From the NCBI GenBank assembly GCA_963727625.1, contig CAVSHR010000005.1, forward strand, positions 672,001 through 736,000: a stretch of 64,000 nt of DNA, read 5' to 3'. Source of the stretch: an uncultured delta proteobacterium (GTDB taxonomy: Bacteria > Desulfobacterota > Binatia > UBA9968). Both the position numbers and the translations under genes were made by a program. Each line of letters starts with the position of its first letter. Position 1 is the first letter of the stretch. Below, one piece after another: positions 58,837 to 64,000 of this stretch. The notes beneath the pieces are model-generated. The model had not been told where the DNA came from. It did no database searches and was given only the letters and a program-made list of their open reading frames with translations.

Positions 58837-61800
58837 TTACTCGCGGTCCGCCAGCAATTGTAAAATCCCCGCAATCGGCAGGTCCACCCAGTCGGGCCGG
58901 TTGTTGAGTTCGTAGCTCAGTTCGTAGACCGCCTTTTCCAGCAAATAGATATCCAGCAGCAAAGCAATTTCCGTCCGCGCTTTCGGCATGAAAGCCGCCT
59001 GGCGGGTAGCCTCGAAATAACCCTTGAGAAAGTTCACCGATACCCAAAATTTCCAAAAATCCGCCCAGGGTCGCACTTGCGTAGCGTCTTCGGCTCGCGG
59101 AGCGTCGCTTTTGAGCGCAGCCACCGCGGCATAATTGAACGAGCGCAGCATGCCGGCGACATCGCGCAGCGGCGAGCGTTTTAGACGTCGCTCCGAAATC
59201 GGCCGCGCCGGCTCCCCCTCGAAATCGATGATGATAAAATCCTTGCCGGTAAACAGCACTTGGCCGAGATGGTAGTCGCCGTGGCAGCGGATGCGCATGG
59301 CGGTGATTTTGGTTTCGACAATCTCGCGAAAGCGCGCGAACAGCGATTCCTCCAGCTTGAGAACTTTTTCGGCGTCAACGCGTACCTCTTGGCCGAGTCC
59401 TTTGAGTCTTTTCCCGAGCAGCGTGAGCGATTGGTCGGCCAACGTCCGCATGCTCTGATAGAGCGAGCGGCGGTACAGAGCTGTGAAAGATTCCGGCGCG
59501 AACGCGGGATCCTTCAGCTCCGAGCTAAGAGCCCGGTGCAGCTCGCCGGTGCGCTGTCCCAAGAGATGGGCCGATGGCAAATACGAGCCGATCAATTCGC
59601 GTGCCAAGTCGGGAATCTCCTCGTCGACAAATTTTGCCGGGGAGGCTGTCGGCACAACCGCAGCCTGAACGTCCGGTTTGCGCGCCAACACTTCATCGAA
59701 AAAATGATCCAGGCTGTCCAGTGTGTAGCGCCAGGCGTCGCCTTCGTTTGCGACCAGGCCTTGAAGGATGCCGAGTGTCGCCGGCTCGCCGCGACCCTTG
59801 CGCAATTCAAACGAGCCGGCCAACGCCGGAGTGTGGGCAAAACGGGCCTTTTCCGTAAGAAACCGGCCGATCTCCAAATCGGGATTCAACCCTTCGGTGA
59901 CGCGGCGGAAGAGTTTGAGAATCATGCGATCGCCATAGACTACAGAGGTATTGCTCTGTTCTCGTTTGAGAATGACCGGCTCCAGGTTGGCTTCGGCACC
60001 GCCGCTAATTTTGCGAAAGATCTTCGACGGCTGCGCCGCCAGTTCTGCGCCCTGCCCTTTGTAACGCCGCGCGCGGCCGACGGCGCTAAGGAGTGACTTG
60101 GCGAAATTCGCATCGTATAGGGCGTCGTGAAGCACCCCGTCGATCTCCTGATCGTGATTTTTAACCTTCAATTGGGCAACGATGCTTTGCGGGCTCGCCT
60201 GGCGTAGCCCGAAGGCGCGCTCCCCCGCGGCGAACATCAACGGCAGGACGTAGACCGCCGGTGTGGCGCCGAGAAACTGGATTTCCCAGGTGGTAAAAAA
60301 CGCGCTCGCGCCGTTCACATGAAACGGAATGATGTCGACCTTCTTCACCGAGCGAATTTGTTGCGCCTTGCCCCCGAACCAGCGGCAACTGAGGAAATAA
60401 GCCGGCAAGGTGCGTTCCAGGAGCGTCAGCGCCTTGTTTGCGAGGATATGCTCCCAGGAGCCCTCGACCTCCAATTTCGCCGGCTCGAACCCTTCGATGG
60501 TCGCGCCGGTTTTGGCCGCCTGCGGTTGTTCGAGCTTGAACCAATAGAAATTATGCGGTCCGAAGGTAAGGAAATAGGGGAGCTCGCCGATCGGGGGAAA
60601 TCGCGTTTGGCCGAATAACTCCACGGGCACCATGCCTTTATAGGCGGAGAGATCGATCTCCGCGCAATTGACGAAGCGTGACAGGTTGGCGGCGATGAGA
60701 ATGATTTCATCCTGGTAGCGCCGCAGGAAGACCAGCACCTTGCGGTTTTCCGGCAGCAGAAATTCGATGCTGCCTTCGTTGAGGGCCCGGTAACTCTTGC
60801 GCAAGAGCACAAGCCGCTTCATCCACCAGAGCAGCGAGCTGGGATTTTGCTGATGCGCTTCAACGTTGACGGTTTCGTAGTGGTGCTCGGGATCGACGAT
60901 CACGGGCAAAAACAGCTTCTGCGGATTGGCGCGGGAGAAACCGGCGTTGCGGTCGGCGCTCCATTGCATCGGCGTGCGCACGCCGTTGCGGTCGCCGAGG
61001 TAAATATTATCGCCCATGCCGATTTCATCGCCGTAATAAATCACCGGCGTGCCGGTGAGCGAAAACAGCAGGCTGTTCAAGAGCTCCATGCGGCGCCGGT
61101 TGTTGCCGAGCAGCGGCGCCAGGCGCCGACGGATGCCGAGGTTGATCCGCGCGCGCGGATCGTTGGCGTAGACCTTGTACATGTAGTCGCGGTCCTCATC
61201 GGTGACCATCTCCAGGGTCAGCTCGTCGTGATTGCGCAAAAACATCGCCCACTGGCTATTCTCCGGAATCGGCGGCGTCTGCTCGAGAATATCGATGATC
61301 GGGAAGCGGTCTTCCATGTGCACGGCCATGAACAGCCGCGGCATCACCGGAAAATGAAACGCCATGTGACACTCATCCCCGTCGCCAAAATACTTAACCG
61401 CGTCTTCCGGCCACTGATTGGCTTCGGCGAGCAGCATGCGGTTCTTGTATTTTTTGTCGACATGCTGGCGCAGCTCTTTGAGAAAGGCGTGGGTCTCGGG
61501 AAGATTTTCGCAGTTGGTTCCTTCGCGCTCGTATAAATAGGGCACGGCGTCCAAACGCAGGCCGTCGACGCCCATGTCGAGCCAGAAGTCCAACACGCTG
61601 AAAAGCGCTTTTTTCACTTCCGGATGATCGAAGTTCAAATCCGGCTGGTGCGCATAGAAACGGTGCCAGAAATAGGCCTTGGCCACCGGGTCCCAAGACC
61701 AATTGGATTGCTCGAAGTCTTTAAAGATAATCCGCGCCTCCTGGTAGCGCTCCTGGTTGTCGCTCCAAACGTAAAAGTTGCGCGCGCTGCTGCCCGGCTT

Positions 61801-62193
61801 GGCCTCGCGCGCGCGCTGAAACCAGGGATGCTGCTCGGAAGTATGATTGATGACCAGCTCGGTGATGACACGGATCGATCGGCGGTGCGCCTCGCGCAGG
61901 AACACCTTGAAGTCCTGCAGTGTGCCATAGTCCGGATGAATGTCGGTATAGTCGGCGATGTCGTAACCGTCGTCGCGCAGGGGCGAGGGATAAAACGGCA
62001 AAATCCAAAGCGCCGTGACGCCGAGATCCTGAAGATAATCGAGCTTTTCAGTTAGACCGATGAAATCGCCGATGCCGTCGCCGTTGCCGTCGCAAAAAGC
62101 CCGCACATGGGCTTCATAGATCACCGCCTCTTTGTACCAGCGCGGCTGAGCTTCCAGAATCGTCGAGGCTGAACTTTGAGTTTTGCGCTTCAT
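58837..62193 (-). CDS. treS: Trehalose synthase fused to maltokinase
   Basis: [19 protein letters not shown] and [12 protein letters not shown], then [16 protein letters not shown] and IDFEGEP. Confidence 0.95.
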   Translation of the reverse strand: MKRKTQSSASTILEAQPRWYKEAVIYEAHVRAFCDGNGDGIGDFIGLTEKLDYLQDLGVTALWILPFYPSPLRDDGYDIADYTDIHPDYGTLQDFKVFLREAHRRSIRVITELVINHTSEQHPWFQRAREAKPGSSARNFYVWSDNQERYQEARIIFKDFEQSNWSWDPVAKAYFWHRFYAHQPDLNFDHPEVKKALFSVLDFWLDMGVDGLRLDAVPYLYEREGTNCENLPETHAFLKELRQHVDKKYKNRMLLAEANQWPEDAVKYFGDGDECHMAFHFPVMPRLFMAVHMEDRFPIIDILEQTPPIPENSQWAMFLRNHDELTLEMVTDEDRDYMYKVYANDPRARINLGIRRRLAPLLGNNRRRMELLNSLLFSLTGTPVIYYGDEIGMGDNIYLGDRNGVRTPMQWSADRNAGFSRANPQKLFLPVIVDPEHHYETVNVEAHQQNPSSLLWWMKRLVLLRKSYRALNEGSIEFLLPENRKVLVFLRRYQDEIILIAANLSRFVNCAEIDLSAYKGMVPVELFGQTRFPPIGELPYFLTFGPHNFYWFKLEQPQAAKTGATIEGFEPAKLEVEGSWEHILANKALTLLERTLPAYFLSCRWFGGKAQQIRSVKKVDIIPFHVNGASAFFTTWEIQFLGATPAVYVLPLMFAAGERAFGLRQASPQSIVAQLKVKNHDQEIDGVLHDALYDANFAKSLLSAVGRARRYKGQGAELAAQPSKIFRKISGGAEANLEPVILKREQSNTSVVYGDRMILKLFRRVTEGLNPDLEIGRFLTEKARFAHTPALAGSFELRKGRGEPATLGILQGLVANEGDAWRYTLDSLDHFFDEVLARKPDVQAAVVPTASPAKFVDEEIPDLARELIGSYLPSAHLLGQRTGELHRALSSELKDPAFAPESFTALYRRSLYQSMRTLADQSLTLLGKRLKGLGQEVRVDAEKVLKLEESLFARFREIVETKITAMRIRCHGDYHLGQVLFTGKDFIIIDFEGEPARPISERRLKRSPLRDVAGMLRSFNYAAVAALKSDAPRAEDATQVRPWADFWKFWVSVNFLKGYFEATRQAAFMPKARTEIALLLDIYLLEKAVYELSYELNNRPDWVDLPIAGILQLLADRE

Positions 62194-62208
62194 GGGGATC
62201 GCTTTCGT

Positions 62209-64000
62209 TTACAGAAAATAATCGAAATCCTGCTCCCGGTGCAGTCGGTGGCGCACGCGAAAGATCTGCGCCGGCACGCTCGCCGGATCGAGCTGCACGT
62301 AATTATTCGTTCCATGCCATAGGTAACGGGCGCCGGTGAGCAGCTCGTGCATCTGATAGGGCTGCAGCGGATCGAGCCCGAGCTCTTCGGTGGACAGGTT
62401 CACCCAGCCGGCCTGGCTGTGGTGCGGGTCCAGATTGACCACGACTACGATCACGTTGCTCAAGTCTGCGGTTTGCTTCGTGTAGCAGAGGATCTGTTCG
62501 TTATCGACGGCGTGAAAACGCAAGCTGCCGTCGCTCTGCAGCGCGCGATTTTCCCGGCGAATCCGGTTGACCATGGCGATCAACTCTTTGAGGCTCTCCG
62601 GACTTTCCCTGCGCCAATGCTTGATTTCATATTTTTCCGAATCCAGATATTCCTCGCTGCCGGGATCGCGCGGGCGGGCTTCGAGCAGCTCGAAGGCCGG
62701 GCCGTAAATCCCGTAGCTGGCGCCGAGCGTCGCCGCCAATACCAATCGCGCCATAAAACCGGCGCGGCCGCCGAACTGGAGATATTCGTTTAGAATGTCC
62801 GGCGTATTCGGCCACAGGTTGGGACGAAAATATTCGCACACTTCGGACTGGGTGAGCTCGGTGAAATACTCGGTGAGCTCAGGCTTGGTGTTGCGCCAGG
62901 TGAAGTAGGTGTAGGACTGGCTGAAACCGAGCTTGGCCAGACGGTACATCAGCTTGGGACGGGTGAACGCCTCGGCGAGAAATATCACGTCGGGATGTTT
63001 CTGCTTCACCGCACCGATCAGCCATTGCCAAAACGGCAGCGGCTTGGTGTGCGGGTTGTCGACGCGAAAAATGCGAACATCCTGCTCGATCCAAAAATCC
63101 ACCACACTCTTCAGCTCCTCCCAGAGCTCGCGCCATTCATCCGAGGTAAATTCCAGCGGATAAATATCCTGATATTTTTTCGGCGGGTTTTCGGCGTACT
63201 GCACCGAGCCATCGGGCCGCCAGCGAAACCAGTGCGGATGTTCTTTCACGTAAGGATGGTCGGGGCTGCACTGGTAAGCAAGATCCAGAGCGATCTCGAT
63301 GTTCAGTGACTTGGCTTTTTTTACCAGGCTCTTGAAATCTTCGAGCGTGCCGAGCTCCGGATGAATCGATTTGTGGCCGCCCTCGGCGGCGCCGATCGCC
63401 CAAGGGCTGCCGGGATCGTCCGTGCCGATCACAGCGTTATTCTTGCCCTTGCGGTGCGTGCGGCCGATCGGGTGAATCGGCGGGAAATACAACGTGTCGA
63501 ATCCCATGGTGGCGACGTAAGGGAGCAACCGTTCACAGTCTTTGAAAGTCCCGTGCTTACCGGGCTCGTCCGAGCAGGAACGCGGAAACACTTCATACCA
63601 GGAGCTAAAGCGCGCTTTTTCGCGGTCGACCGCCACGCCGAGCTCTTTGCCGTAGCGCGTGGCCAGGCTTCGATCGGGATATTTTTCGACCAAGTTGCCA
63701 AGCTCATCACCGAGCGCAGTATCAAGCTTGGCTGCTAAACTTGGCTTCTTTGCGCTTAAGCTCTGGGCCCAGTCGGTGAGTTTTTTTGCGTCGGCGCCGC
63801 CGGCGCGTTTGGCCGCTGCTTCGATCATTTGCGCCCCGGTCAGCATATCCAAATCCGTGTGCTCGCCGACCTCGGCCTTCTTGCCCAGATCGCGGCGCCA
63901 GGACTTGAATCGATCGGCCCAGGCGATCAGCGTGTACACGTAACGGCCAACCTCGGCGACGATAAAGACGCCGCGCCAGCGGTCATTGACCAGCGGCTCC
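62209..64000 (-). CDS. glgE: Alpha-1,4-glucan:maltose-1-phosphate maltosyltransferase, 5' end outside the window
   Basis: WYEVFPRS, YAENPPKKYQDIYP, FRVDNPHTKP, AEAFT and NTPDIL. Confidence 0.95.
   Translation of the reverse strand, partial: EPLVNDRWRGVFIVAEVGRYVYTLIAWADRFKSWRRDLGKKAEVGEHTDLDMLTGAQMIEAAAKRAGGADAKKLTDWAQSLSAKKPSLAAKLDTALGDELGNLVEKYPDRSLATRYGKELGVAVDREKARFSSWYEVFPRSCSDEPGKHGTFKDCERLLPYVATMGFDTLYFPPIHPIGRTHRKGKNNAVIGTDDPGSPWAIGAAEGGHKSIHPELGTLEDFKSLVKKAKSLNIEIALDLAYQCSPDHPYVKEHPHWFRWRPDGSVQYAENPPKKYQDIYPLEFTSDEWRELWEELKSVVDFWIEQDVRIFRVDNPHTKPLPFWQWLIGAVKQKHPDVIFLAEAFTRPKLMYRLAKLGFSQSYTYFTWRNTKPELTEYFTELTQSEVCEYFRPNLWPNTPDILNEYLQFGGRAGFMARLVLAATLGASYGIYGPAFELLEARPRDPGSEEYLDSEKYEIKHWRRESPESLKELIAMVNRIRRENRALQSDGSLRFHAVDNEQILCYTKQTADLSNVIVVVVNLDPHHSQAGWVNLSTEELGLDPLQPYQMHELLTGARYLWHGTNNYVQLDPASVPAQIFRVRHRLHREQDFDYFL

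Overview
A 64 kb window of GC-rich bacterial DNA. The gene style suggests a Binatia/Deltaproteobacteria-like soil or groundwater genome; that is inference only. From left to right: (1) 0-17 kb holds housekeeping and aromatic-acid catabolic genes (GST, Fpg/Nei, a carboxyltransferase plus a Na+-decarboxylase beta subunit and an unannotated gamma-like subunit, gentisate-type dioxygenase, aryl-acid AMP ligase, three amidohydrolases). (2) 17-32.5 kb is a lower-GC accessory/defence island: a HEPN-MNT toxin-antitoxin pair between 86-bp direct repeats, orphan antitoxin-like genes, a REP-associated tyrosine (HUH) transposase, a secreted repeat protein behind a c-di-GMP-I riboswitch, a 5'-truncated IS110 with a long 3' non-coding end, and a damaged type I R-M operon ending in an intact membrane-anchored HerA-like ATPase. 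(3) 32.6-43 kb holds azlCD, a metallo-beta-lactamase-fold gene, a binding protein and a hydantoinase/oxoprolinase A + 2xB cluster interrupted by nested nuclease-and-palindrome elements (a GIY-YIG remnant and DUF559). (4) 43-47.6 kb is selA-selB-selD, with SelD itself a UGA-encoded selenoprotein. (5) 47.7-64 kb is a glycogen/trehalose cluster (malQ, glgA, glgC, GH57, glgB, treS-mak, glgE) with an embedded CdaA-YbbR fusion. The best candidates for something new are the TM-HerA gene coupled to hsdS, the (C)TTGGTCCGA-delimited cassette-like array around the RAYT, and a DUF559-associated REP/REPIN-like repeat family. Several single-base frameshifts may be sequencing errors. I found no rRNA, tRNA or CRISPR array. 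All family assignments are by eye, with no database search.
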